From assembly GCF_964355755.1 (NCBI RefSeq), contig NC_092671.1, positions 17,608,001 to 17,672,000 on the forward strand: 64,000 bases of DNA, read 5' to 3'. Origin of the DNA: Antedon mediterranea. Taxonomy: Eukaryota; Animalia; Echinodermata. Positions within the stretch are counted from its first letter, which is position 1. Every line of letters begins with the position of its first letter. Below are positions 11,483 through 22,467 of this stretch, in pieces. The notes beneath the pieces are model-generated. The model was given only the letters and a program-made list of their open reading frames with translations. It was not told the origin of the DNA and did no database searches. A program made the position numbers and the translations under genes.

Positions 11483-11866
11483 AGTTTGGTTCGCATTAGA
11501 CGCAACGTAATGATGTAAGCGCATGATTTTAACAAATCACGACGCATCATTAGAACTGACTTGTGTTGTTGATATAAAGTTTGCGGTACACCACGTAGGC
11601 CTATATTAGTTCTGAAAAGAACTGTTCAATATGCTTTGATCGTCCTCAGGAGTGAGGACGATCCTCAGGACGATCAAAGCATATTGATCGAAACGTCGAG
11701 AAACTCAACAGTTCTTTTCAGAACTAATATAGGCCTAGGTCTACGTGGTGTACCGTACCGCAAACTTTATATCAACATTTGATTTCGCCATGCAAACCTT
11801 CAACCAATATATGACTTGTGTTGATTTGTCAACTCGTTGTTGCGTTCAAGTGTGGGAACCAAGCTT
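11483..11866. mobile_element. AGCTTGG-family MITE interrupted by the Penelope-like insertion
   Basis: Left end AGTTTGGTTCGCATTAG, right end GTGGGAACCAAGCT-TTA; removing 11569-11823 leaves a short, internally consistent copy. Confidence 0.75.
11569..11811. mobile_element. Inverted (fold-back) insertion of Penelope-like family 2 ends inside a MITE
   Basis: Arms 11567-11657 and 11663-11777 are inverted copies, plus a short extra tail. Flanked by the direct repeat TGACTTGTGTTG (11557-11568 and 11812-11823). Confidence 0.7.
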
Positions 11867-12057
11867 TAAAAACGTGTTTTCTTAATGTAAATACAACTTC
11901 AAATGTAACCATTTTGGTTTATCTTTACATGTATGTAATGTTTTTAATAAACTAAATATTATGTAGCAATGTTTCTGTTAAGTACATTAAATATAAATAC
12001 AAATTTTCAGTATTTGTTCCAAATCATCCTCATTACTATACATTATTAGTTGATTAT

Positions 12058-12108
12058 TTATAATTCAGTCCCATTTTGTTCTTCAGATGCCACTGCAACC
12101 TCGGTTAC
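12058..12108 (-). CDS. FLVCR: FLVCR probable terminal coding exon 10 (VTEVAVASEEQNGTEL*)
   Basis: TTTTTAAG acceptor, in phase with exon 9, locally higher GC in AT-rich flanks, ends TAA. Gives a 1458-nt CDS (485 aa). No recognisable homology in this tail. Confidence 0.65.
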   Translation of the reverse strand, partial: VTEVAVASEEQNGTEL

Positions 12109-12838
12109 CTTAAAAACAATATGTACTCAATATAAAAAAAATCAATATTTATAAGGACTAACTTGAACTTCATAATCAAACTATTACTTATCGAGAAATT
12201 ATGAATATGAATTTTCAATACGTTAACTTGGTATTGAGAAATTATGAAACTGATGCTTTCTATTAAAAAATAAAATAAACCAAATACTTTACTGTACATG
12301 GTGTTTATACTGATAGAATTGTGATGGCGCTAGTTACAATCCGTTATGGATGATGAATTAATGAATGACGTAATGCACAAACGGGCATAAATTGGGAGAA
12401 AGATTTGTACTCGTGCTCTACTGGAGTACGGGAGTCCAATATGCGGCATGTTTTATGTTGCAAACAAAGTACGAATGAATTTAAGCTGATGGACGTTTGT
12501 TTTGGCCGAAATCATATAATAGCAAGGTCTTTAAGGAAATATATATAATGAAATTCACTTTCGAAAAGAAAAACACGTAATGTTTATTTAATATTGCATT
12601 TCATCAATCAATGCTTAAACCCTTCAAGAAAACTCCATCAAGCAAACCAATAGAATGAATATTAATAAGATTCTTTTACGATTCTAATTGGAAAGGTAGA
12701 TGAAAAGCAAAAATTGATGAACTGAAATTTTACAGAAGAAAACTGATGAAACTAGTGTATTAAACTGCTTCGTTTTTGTTAAAAGTTACTTTGTGTATAT
12801 ATCATTTGCAAAATGAAATGAGTTTCTTTTTTATTTAA

Positions 12839-13111
12839 TGATGTATTGTCCCCCAAAAAACAAGATAAATGAAGATTAATTAAATCAGACTTTGAATATG
12901 TTATTTTGTAGTTTCACCAAAAACCATAGGCTGGCAGCCAATTTGACCATTTTTTTGCTTTAAATTACTAATAGTTTTATTAGTTTTTTCAGGTAAATAC
13001 TTTTTTTTTTCGATCCAATTTTTGGTCAAAGTGAATAATTATTATTATTAAAATGGCATATTAAAAAAAAAAATTTAAAAAAAATATTTTTTTCAGGGGG
13101 ACAATACATCT
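12839..13111. mobile_element. Kolobok-like MITE in the last FLVCR intron
   Basis: 15-bp TIR GATGTATTGTCCCCC / GGGGGACAATACATC, flanked by TTAA and TGAA (mutated TTAA). Confidence 0.7.
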
Positions 13112-13770
13112 TGAACTTGAGCAAGTTGGAACACATGCAATATAAGAACATACGGTACCTTCAGTTGTACATTGCTTTGACATAAATGTCGATGTCGTTA
13201 GCATTGTGTTGGCGCTGTAACCTTTAGACCAAAACATGTTCGTTAGAGTGAGTAAAAACATTTATAGCTTTAACGTGTGTTTACAGGCGGGTTGTACAGT
13301 GGCTGTTTGAAATGTATTTTAACTGGCCTAGCCGAATGATTGGGGGAACAGGAGGGTGTTTGAGGTGGTGCTTGTGGTTATGGCATATATACGTGACAAT
13401 GAACATTTATTGTTCGAGGAGATTTCATCAGCCTCTGGCCACATAGTTTGGCTAGTTCTAATTTATGCTGACAAATGTTGTCATTAATATCTATCTGAAA
13501 AAGAGTACTGTGAAGAAATGAATACCGTGAGGCCATTAATTCGTTTTCGGCTACTTAATTAGAACATTGTCACGAAGAGTAGAATCAACGGTGGTCAGTT
13601 TTCAGAGTAATCATTCTCTTCTATATTAGAGTAAATTACTGGATTTTGGTAGTCTATCTAATGTTCTAGCATGAATGATACCTTTTAGAATGACGTGATA
13701 GAAGCACTAGAAGTAATGTAGCATGGTACTGTTATCTGTCAGAGTTGAATATTCCACTATACAAACCAAC

Positions 13771-13817
13771 CTGTCGATTCTCTGCACGCTGTCTTCGTAA
13801 ATCAGACTTTATAAAAC
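13771..13817 (-). CDS. FLVCR: FLVCR coding exon 9 (GFIKSDLRRQRAENRQ)
   Basis: TTGTAG acceptor and IKSDLRRQ motif. Donor CAG|GTTGGT; if unused, the frame reads on to a stop at 13732. Confidence 0.88.
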
Positions 13818-13923
13818 CTACAACAAAACATAATACAGATACATACAACAGAATATAATATTTATCTACGTCAGTACCAGACAATAGCAGCATTTTCTTT
13901 CTGTACAGTACAGTACTACCTAA

Positions 13924-14250
13924 AGCTTGGTTCCAACAAGAGACGCACTGCAAAGACGTTAGACGCAACGCGAGTTTACCAACGACAAGCAACAAATTAC
14001 ATCAAGCAACGTAACGCAATCTACGCAACGTAAGCAAATACCCTAAGCTTGGTTTCCACTAGAACGTAACGCAAGGACGTAAACGCAACGCAAGCGTTTT
14101 AACCAATGACAAGCGAGCAATCACAACTCTTGCGTTGCGTTTACGTCCTTGCGTTACGTTCTAGTGGGAACCAAGCTTAATAATTGTGTTTGCCCCAGCC
14201 TGCGTGAAATCAAACCTTGTGATTACGCAACACGTCGCTGCGTTGCGACT
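13924..14250. mobile_element. Cluster of AGCTTGG-family MITEs, including near-perfect hairpin copy 14046-14177
   Basis: Left TIR at 13924; a complete copy at 14046-14177 with about 49-bp near-perfect arms; further remnants to about 14250. Confidence 0.8.
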
Positions 14251-14455
14251 GTAAAGCCTGTTTCGTTGATCGTTACCAGTTCAAAGTTTAAATGATAACG
14301 ATAGAGAGTACCTTTTCCTGTAAATCGTTAACATTTCAATGTTTATGTAGAAGATTGCCGATTATTGTTAACGATAGCATCGAATAACGTCGACAGGAAA
14401 ACAGGCTTAAGGGAACCAAGCATTATAAGTCCACCATATAAAGGGTTAGGCATAC

Positions 14456-14567
14456 CTGTTATAATTGTTCCAATCAAGATTGCAATACACAGGAATATGT
14501 TGCCTGAAAGTGTATTTACGTTTGATACCAACGCACCCATTGACATTGTAAATGCAATTCCAAATGT
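14456..14567 (-). CDS. FLVCR: FLVCR coding exon 8 (TFGIAFTMSMGAL...ILIGTIIT)
   Basis: TTTCTAG acceptor, GTATGC donor, 112 nt, phase 0 to 1. Confidence 0.91.
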
Positions 14568-14825
14568 CTAGAAATTAAAAATGTATTTAAAAATCTTACT
14601 TTCTTAAGCCTATACAGAGTTAAATATGCACGCATAGCCTATATACAAATGTCTCCAAATGCAGATTCGGTATACGACTTCTTGTGATCCAAAGCCCCCA
14701 AAACAGAGCTATTTGGTTTTAGAACTGTGTGTGTGTTTAACAGTATCCATATCAAAAGGAAATTATAAAGTTAGCCTATATCTCAAAATCAACACGACGC
14801 AAATTTAAGATAATGTTGAGTATCT

Positions 14826-14872
14826 TTACGTTTCGATCAATATGCAATTCAATCGGCCTCATGAGTGAGAAA
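14826..14872 (-). mobile_element. Degenerate Penelope-like family 2 hammerhead remnant
   Basis: Minus strand TCTCACTCATGAGGCCGATTG..GCATATTGATCGAAACGTA aligns with 3036-3077; core box mutated. Confidence 0.55.
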
Positions 14873-14880
14873 TGAAGGGC

Positions 14881-15178
14881 TGTTGAGCCGTGAAATGAAC
14901 AAAAAAAAAAACACAATTGTGCAAACAACCACATTTGTGCAAACAACCACATTTGTGCAAACAATCACATTTGTGCAAACAACCACATTTGTGCAAACAT
15001 TTGCCCTCAAATGTACAACAAACCACACTTGAGCAAACATGGCACTCTTAAATGTGCAAATCTGCAAAGATGTATTAATCAACTAATGTGCAAACATCAC
15101 ACCGTTAAATGTAAAAACGATCCGTTTTGACGTTAAATGTGCAAATGAAATCAACAAATGTGCAAATTACATTTTAAA
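14881..15178 (+). mobile_element. TGTTGAGCCGTG-ended element arm with internal 18-bp TTTGTGCAAACAACCACA repeats
   Basis: Inverted homologues at 16147-16262 and 18740-18952. Confidence 0.7.
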
Positions 15179-15446
15179 TCAAGTAATATGAAATCTAATG
15201 AAACCAGTTCATTATGTTTTATGAATTTCCTTTAAAATAAGTGGAGAGCTATAAGGGACTTTAATTTCAACGTTATGGAAGTTACCATCTCCGGTCTGCA
15301 AGCAGCGACCACGTGTCAGTCCTGCATCCCCGGACATGATTGTGTGTTTAAAAAAAATTCAGTTTGTACTATAATTAAATATGTAAGTGGCTATATCTTG
15401 AAAACATTGTTTGAAAAACCCTTGACTATTTAGAATTAGGTTATTA

Positions 15447-16146
15447 TTTTTAGTCTACAGCTCACTATGTCGGTCGGTTGGTTGGTCGGTCGGTAAACAC
15501 TTTTATATGACCTTATCTTAAAATCAGTTTAATCTAGCTAAGTCAATTTTTCACAGTATATTCCTTATGGCCAGGAATCGATGTGGTTAGGTTTTCACGG
15601 TGCGCAATAAAAAATTACGCGGTCTACGCACGATTTAACGAAATCACGTTTGTAATCATATCTTCACAAGCATGAATTACAATTAAATAAAATTAGGGCA
15701 TAAATTTCAGGACATAAATCATCATATGGCAATACAATTACGTGCGTAGCGTATGTAACGCATGCATACAGGCGCTTAAAATGTTCCAATTGTCAAAAAT
15801 GTATTTTCGATGAAATAAGAGTACGTTTCAGGCAATTTTAAGCGTTTAAAAAATTGCCATGAGTGCGCAGATTTTTGCACGCGTACTGCGCGTTAAATGT
15901 TAATACGCACTCTTTTTGCCCGATTTCTGTTTTCTTGACTTACTTTTCAACTCGAAATTACGTTATACGACCACGTCAAAAGTGACAGGCTACGCACGTG
16001 TAAATTAAAAAAATATAAATGTTTTTAACAATTTTCAACATTTTTAAACAGGTTCAGCAATTTCGGTCGGTTGGTAGGTTAGTCGGTCGGTCGGTCGGTA
16101 AACACTAACTTGAGCACGCGACTGCAGCCATCTATATGGCCTTGTT
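15447..16146 (+). mobile_element. Helentron-associated (DINE-1/HINE-like) non-autonomous element
   Basis: Begins in a T run (TTTTTAGTC), GGTC/GGTT microsatellite, CpG-rich body, sub-terminal CACGCGAC, 3' hairpin GCCAT-CTAT-ATGGC, ends CTTGTT; no TSD. Confidence 0.65.
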
Positions 16147-16480
16147 AATAAACGATTTGGGTTGAAAAAATGATTTGCACATTTAGAATTACATTTGCAC
16201 ATTTATCGTCAGAACTGATCGTTTTACATTTATGCCTAACGGCGTTAGTGTGCCATGTTTGTTCGTCTTTATAATTTTCTAGGTTTTTGTTACTTTGTCA
16301 ATATTGTTATCGTCAGAAAGTAAAATGGAGAAAAAATATATTAATTAAAAATAATATTATGATATTACTTTTTGAAAACCACCCAGAATAGATCAAAACA
16401 CATTTTAAGGTAAATAGACAGACAACGTGCAATCTTTGTATCATAAAAAAATTAATTGTTATGATACACTTAAGTATTAC

Positions 16481-16586
16481 CTGTGCCGCGGCATTCAACA
16501 GTCCAGAAGAGGTGCCTTCAGGCTCTGGATACGTTAGTTCCGCCGCAAACTCAAACCCAAGAGGTAGGTAACCAGTCATGAAGAAC
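16481..16586 (-). CDS. FLVCR: FLVCR coding exon 7 ([35 protein letters not shown])
   Basis: GATAG acceptor, GTAATA donor, 106 nt, phase 2 to 0; diagnostic FLVCR motif. Confidence 0.96.
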
Positions 16587-16954
16587 CTATCACAAAATAA
16601 AATAGATTAAAAAAAAAAACATTTAAATTGAATCCATTATCTTAGTTAGGCCTAAAATCAAATTTAACAATTATTATTAAATTAATGTGTACATATTATA
16701 GTACGGTAATCATTAAAACACATTTCTAGCTAACAGAAAGAAATTATTTTTCGTAAAGATCATGGTGTTTTAAAATCGATTCAATTAGAAAATTACTGCC
16801 TTCATGTCAAAATCTATTTTACTAATATTTTACTATTGTACAGATTATCATCATGGCAGATGATCCCAATGAAATAAGTGCAGCAACAAATAAAAAAAAA
16901 AACCACATCTTGCGGTGAAACATTTAATTATTGTATACCTCGTGTCTTACTTAC

Positions 16955-17065
16955 CCTAAGAATGTAGCTATGCCGAACACTACCCAAATTTGATTAAGGT
17001 AGAGTGAAAACGAAAAGAACACCATTCCGACGAACGTAAGAATATACACCACAACGGTCGTCCCT
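16955..17065 (-). CDS. FLVCR: FLVCR coding exon 6 (GTTVVVYILTFVGMVFFSFSL...IATFL)
   Basis: AATTAG acceptor, GTAAGT donor, 111 nt, phase 2 to 2. Confidence 0.91.
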
Positions 17066-17110
17066 CTAATTATAAACAAATAATAGAATTTAAGATTTCT
17101 GAAATTATTT

Positions 17111-17286
17111 AAGTTTGGTTCCTACTACAGACGCAACGCAATGACGTAAACGCAACTAAGGCGAGTTGACCAATCATGACTGTTAAATAATCCATCGCTT
17201 GTGATTGGTCAAATAAGTTTGCTTTGCGTAATGTCCTTGCGTTGAGTCCTAGTGGGAACCAAGAATTAGTCGATAATGCATGTTTA
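17111..17286. mobile_element. AGCTTGG-family MITE in FLVCR intron 5
   Basis: AGTTTGGTTCCTACTA ... CTAGTGGGAACCAAG with ACGCAA/TTGCGT internal repeats. Confidence 0.78.
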
Positions 17287-17427
17287 TGTCAGTTTGAGGC
17301 AAGCCCGATGTTATTGAACTTAATGGTTACACAAAATATCTATGTTGCTTTTATCTGATTCACTCAATTTTATTTTTCATTAAACTTTGTTCAACGAGGG
17401 TAGACTTTATACTAATATTGATCATAC

Positions 17428-17531
17428 CGATATGTTCTTGTTTTATCCAACCAGTAACCCATAACAGCTGAGCCTCCAAGTCCAGCTAAAACGATTGCAA
17501 GTCCTATCAATCCAACCATTTGTTCCTCACC
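17428..17531 (-). CDS. FLVCR: FLVCR coding exon 5 (GEEQMVGLIGLAIVLAGLGGSAVMGYWLDKTRTY)
   Basis: ATATCAG acceptor, GTATGA donor, 104 nt, phase 0 to 2; MFS G-x-W-LDKT motif. Confidence 0.93.
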
Positions 17532-17680
17532 CTGATATAAATAATAACATATTGGTGAAATTTTTTTCCCTAAATCTGACGTAATTGTACTTTACTGTAA
17601 TTGTATTGTATAACGTATGAGTATACTATACTAACATTCACACATCAGACTTAAGGGCAAACATTTGACCACTTAACTTA

Positions 17681-17838
17681 AGCTTAACTTGGACGCAACG
17701 AAAAGGACGTAGGCGAAACGCAAATGATTTGACTATTCACAAGCAATGGATTATTCAAAATGCTGATTGTCATTGGTCAACTTGCTTGCGTGGCGTCTAC
17801 GTCACCTTCTTGCGCTGTGCCGCAGTGGGAATCAAGCT
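17681..17838. mobile_element. Diverged AGCTTGG-family MITE in FLVCR intron 4
   Basis: GACGCAACG..GGACGTA left arm; GTGGGAATCAAGCT right end. Confidence 0.65.
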
Positions 17839-18274
17839 CCCTGACGCAAAGCTACTTCCAAATACATTCAATTATCTTAGCATAAGAAATAATCATCTCA
17901 GAAGAGTAAAATTTAAATTTACTGGTTCAAAGACAACCCGAATTTAATTAAACTCCACATAATGTATAGTATTTCTAATTGTGTTATCAATGTTGCCGCC
18001 AACATATCGAAGGTGCTGGACTATTTTACTTCACTGTTTTGACATGTTAGGCACACGTGTTTCATATTCATTTTTTTGTTTTGTAAATGAATGTCGTTCT
18101 CTTGATTATCCACGTATTCAAGCCAAAGAGTTTGATTTTCTTCAAACAATTAAGCCTAATAATAATGTTATTAATAAAGCTATAATGTTATTATTATCTA
18201 ATATACATATTTTCGATTTCGATGTATTTCTTGATTTTCTAAATTAGATTTCACCTAAAATACAGCGTACATAC

Positions 18275-18342
18275 CGGGAACTCAGAAAGTACTATCTGAT
18301 TCAATAGAGTTGATACGGCGTAGAACGATCCCACGTTGACAC
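18275..18342 (-). CDS. FLVCR: FLVCR coding exon 4 (GVNVGSFYAVSTLLNQIVLSEFP)
   Basis: TAATCAG acceptor, GTATGT donor, 68 nt, phase 1 to 0; STLLNQ motif. Confidence 0.93.
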
Positions 18343-18739
18343 CTGATTAAAAAAAAGGTTTTAATGTAAAGGAGTGTTTCATAATTCAGTCAACATGATA
18401 TCTTCTAAAGTACATCCCAGAAAGTATAAAGTGCACTACAAATTGTAAATATATAACCATTTTAAATTCAAAATATGCCTACCTTTCAAAATGGTTGAAA
18501 ATGTTTGATAACTCCGACAAGTAAAAATGATAACCTTAATTCTAAATAGTCATGTAGGCCTAAACATCATTAGAAAAACCCGTGACTATTTAGAATTAGG
18601 TTCTCGTTATGCTTAAGCAATAAATACTCAACACATTTAATTACTCGGTAGGCCTACCGTTCACTTTATTTAACCATCGTGCACAACCTCCTGCCCAGAA
18701 CTCCCCAGTGCTGTACAAAAATACCTCGTCTATCATTTT

Positions 18740-18952
18740 TAATAAACGATTTTGGTTGAACAAAATTATTTGCACATTGTAGAATTTTATTTGCACATTT
18801 AACGTCAGAACTGATCGTTTTTACATTTAACGGCGTGATGTTTGCACATTAGTGGGTTAATACATCTTTACAGATTTGAGGGTGCCATGTTTGCACAAAT
18901 GTGGATGTTTGTCCATTTGAGGGAAACCTTTTGCACATTTCACGGCTCAACA
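18740..18952 (-). mobile_element. TGTTGAGCCGTG-ended element arm, inverted relative to 14881
   Basis: Ends CATTTCACGGCTCAACA, the reverse complement of 14881-14897; lies 8 nt from the exon 3 donor. Confidence 0.7.
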
Positions 18953-18960
18953 ACACTTAC

Positions 18961-19098
18961 CATACGTTACGATCAGAAAGACAAAATTTCTATTTCTTAG
19001 AAGTGCCTTAATGGACAGCATATAAGAATCTTCTTTTCCCGCTTCTTTGTTCGTCAGTCGTGCCTTGCTAGGTGGCGTCGGTGGCTCTGCTTGGTAAA
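18961..19098 (-). CDS. FLVCR: FLVCR coding exon 3 (YQAEPPTPPSKAR...NRNFVFLIVTY)
   Basis: TTTTAG acceptor, GTAAGT donor, 138 nt, phase 1 to 1; carries the PPTPPS motif. Confidence 0.93.
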
Positions 19099-19449
19099 CT
19101 AAAAGAAGTATCAAAACAACAGTATTAGGCCTACAGTATCAGAAACTCGGATAGATATTAAAGTAGTAACAGTAGTATAGATTAACACTTGTCGCTTGTT
19201 TATTCTTTGATGGCGTACTCGCGAGTCGGTATCTGCTGCTGCACACACAAATTAACGATAAGTAGGCTTTTTATTCATTATTCTGAATATAACTTAAGGT
19301 CACCTCAGTGTGAACAAGAAATCGAATAATTGTGCATTTGTACTGGTACATATATGTCCATACATGCAAAATACAGTACCGTACGTATTATTCGATGAAC
19401 TACATTTTAAAATTTGTAATAATTTCCTCGTGGTAGTAGGCCTACTTAC

Positions 19450-19582
19450 AAAATACAACCAACAGAAATAACACCGTAGTAATGATAGCGGTTCCTAAAA
19501 ACATATTTCTCATGTGTTCTTCTACGTCATCGTCGTTTGGTACAATGTATGGAGGTAGAACGAATCCAAGAGCAACACCAAC
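19450..19582 (-). CDS. FLVCR: FLVCR coding exon 2 (VGVALGFVLPPYIVPN...FLLVVF)
   Basis: TTTACAG acceptor, GTAAGT donor, 133 nt, phase 0 to 1; continues the GNQ-VG-ALGF-LPP motif. Confidence 0.92.
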
Positions 19583-20104
19583 CTGTAAACAAATGTAAGC
19601 AGTGACAGGAGATGAGATTTGCTGAGAAATATAATGTAAACCGCGTCAATATTTACTACTAGTAGGCCTACTACTTTACAGTGTCGTCGCAGAGAGGTCC
19701 ATGTAGGCTTACTTCGCCGCCTGGCCTACCTTAGAAATACACCTCACAAGATTTCTCCATTCGTTTATATGTGCAATTGCTTTTGTTGAGTTTCAAGTTA
19801 GTTTCATTATTTATAATATAAAGAATTAAGATCAATGAAGCTAAAGATCTATTAATATCATCCTATATTATACTTAGACATTAAGTACCAGCAACAGCAA
19901 ATATAACCCTTTCCCTGGAAACTTGATTGAATCTTAGCATTTTTTCAAATGTTAGTTGAGAGGGAATATAGTTCCATAAATTTCGTTTTCCCCCAGGAAA
20001 TTGAACCAGTTCTCAACTTTGATTGACCTTATCCACTGATTTGCCTTGGGCCTAGCCCATATCGGCCTAAGTAAATACAAACCACTAAACAGTGTTTTTG
20101 ACTG

Positions 20105-20560
20105 ATAATAATAATAATAATAATAATTAGTAATAATAATTTATTGTTTTCTCTTTTGCAGTAGATGCACAATTCTTTTACAGTGGTTTAAATATACATA
20201 ATAATTCACATAAAATAATAGTTAAGTTATGAAATTGTAAGTAAATACGGAGAAATAATAATAAAAAGTTGTGTCATGTAATAATACTATAATGTTTCAT
20301 TTCGTTCTTTCCATGCAGTTTTTTTTAAATAATTTACAAAATAAGTAAAAGATTATAGTTAAAATTGGTTGTTTGTTGAATTGGGTATCTTTATGATTTT
20401 CGATTGTCAAAAAAGTTGGGGTAGTTAAGTTCAAGGACACTTATTGTGAATAGTCCCATATATGTTATGTACCGGTAGATCATTATGGTAAAGATCTTGC
20501 TGAAGTTGTTTAAATATTGAATTTCTAATATTACTTAATCTACAACAAATTAATACCAAT
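20105..20560 (-). mobile_element. Eroded LINE 3' end with (TAA)n tail
   Basis: (AAT)n then TTTATTGTTT-CTCTTTT...GCACAATTCT; the same tail occurs at about 61107-61170. Confidence 0.45.
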
Positions 20561-20700
20561 TGAATAGAATAACATTCGGCCTATAGAAGATACAAACAAT
20601 CATGTATAATTTACATGTGAACAATTATGATATAGGCCTACTCAATATCATATCATGTGTTTGTTCGTAAAATTGAATGAACTGAAATAAAATGAAATAC

Positions 20701-21288
20701 CTGGTTTCCAAAAACACCAATAGCACAGGCAGTTGACACTTGGTCACCACCAAACCAAGTGGCGGCAACATGAGCTGGCATACCAAGGATGAAAACCTGA
20801 GCGACAGAACATATAGACTGCCCTATGAACGCTAAAGCAAATCGGCTTGGTAGTGCACCTACGAAGCGAAGCCATCCTCCCAAACAGTTCAAACTACTGC
20901 CAAGAAGACCTATAACCTTCAATCCACGTTTATCTAATAACCAAGTCACTGGAAATATCAATGGAATATATAAAAGCATAAATATCATAGAAAGCCAGTC
21001 AACTGCAAGAGTAGAAACATCGTAATAATCTGCTACTACATTTGATATTGAAGCATATTGAATCCACTGAGCAGCATTTGTCATAGATACTAAACAGAAT
21101 ATAGTTAACATGAACCATCGACGTGTATATACAATCGGCTCTCCAACCAATTGTGAAGATTCATCCGATTTAGATGCAATGCCTATGTCGATTTCTCTTC
21201 CTTCCTGAATGTCACCTTTGTATAGTGGTTTTGTCTGAGGGTCCGTAACATCAGCAACAGTAACGGGGTCGCTTACGGGTTCCGACAT
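20701..21288 (-). CDS. FLVCR: FLVCR/SLC49-family MFS transporter, coding exon 1
   Basis: ATG at 21288. Family motifs VYTRRWFML, NAAQWIQYASI, VDWLSM, GQSICSVAQVFILGMP, WFG, STACAIGVFGNQ. Donor CAG|GTATTT, phase 0 (588 nt). Cannot separate FLVCR1 from FLVCR2 orthology. Confidence 0.95.
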
Positions 21289-22467
21289 TCTCCCGATAAC
21301 GTTCGTAAAAAAGCAGGTCTAAATCAAAATGAAGTTCAGTTGTACATACAGTATACCAAATGGTCTGGTGACGTTTTATAATAGCTAATAGAAGCTGATT
21401 GGCGGAACTGAATCAACTTAACTTACCAGGTACCTAAATAACAAAGTGTAACAAAAACCCTACAAAACACATCGATCATAATAAATTCATCTTTGAATTC
21501 TGAATTTTACCTTGAGGCGTAGGTTATTATAACTTGTCTGACAATTTACATTTTTCAGTACCAGTAGGTCTATAATTGAATAACAAAAATTCTGAACTAT
21601 ATTTTTCAGATTAAAACAAAAATTCAAACTAATTAGTAGTAGTTTAATTTATATTAAACTATTAAAATTATTTTTTATTCTAAATATTACTTTATTGGTA
21701 GACTTGCCCCAAGTCACTATTCTCTTTTTTTTTGTGTTGTAATGTTTCTTTGTTTCCGTCCAGCTCAAGTATACGTATGACACGCCATGTATGTCATAAA
21801 TAAAACATTTTACCAATAGTAAGCAAAATCAAGATTACGTTAGTGGTTGGTGTTTAATATAGTTTGTGGTTAATATTACCAGGGGAGAGTGAAATTTGCC
21901 TGGTATTACGTTTGTCGTACTTTTGTGGTGTTCTTACGGTAATCTTGATAGCAAACATTTTATCTATTTACAATTCAGACATGTAGGTCAGCCTATATCA
22001 CTTCAAAACGTAGCATTGTATGATATATTGAGAGAGAGATAGCGATTTACTATACAATATGTATTGCATTATGCATATATTGATGGTGCATGTTTGGACA
22101 AAATGAACCAGGGGCGATAAAACAACCAAATGAACGACACCCCTAGCAGGATGTTTTTCTTTGCGCATATTCTGATTTAATCATGAGTTGGTGAAGATCT
22201 CTCAGTTAAAGATAAAAATAGCATCATTACTAATGTCAAGAACCATAGTTAGTAACTATACCGAATAAGACTTATTTTTCAGACGATCGGTTATTAACCT
22301 TTTTATGACGCGGCCATCATCATCTGAATAAATATGAAAATGAAATAAGGTTGTTCAAATAAATAGCCTTTTATACCGATAGCAACATATACGTGTATAC
22401 TCTGTACCAATATAAAACCCATTGTTACGTAGCCCGTAGTTAGGTGACTCACAGTTATAAATCGATT

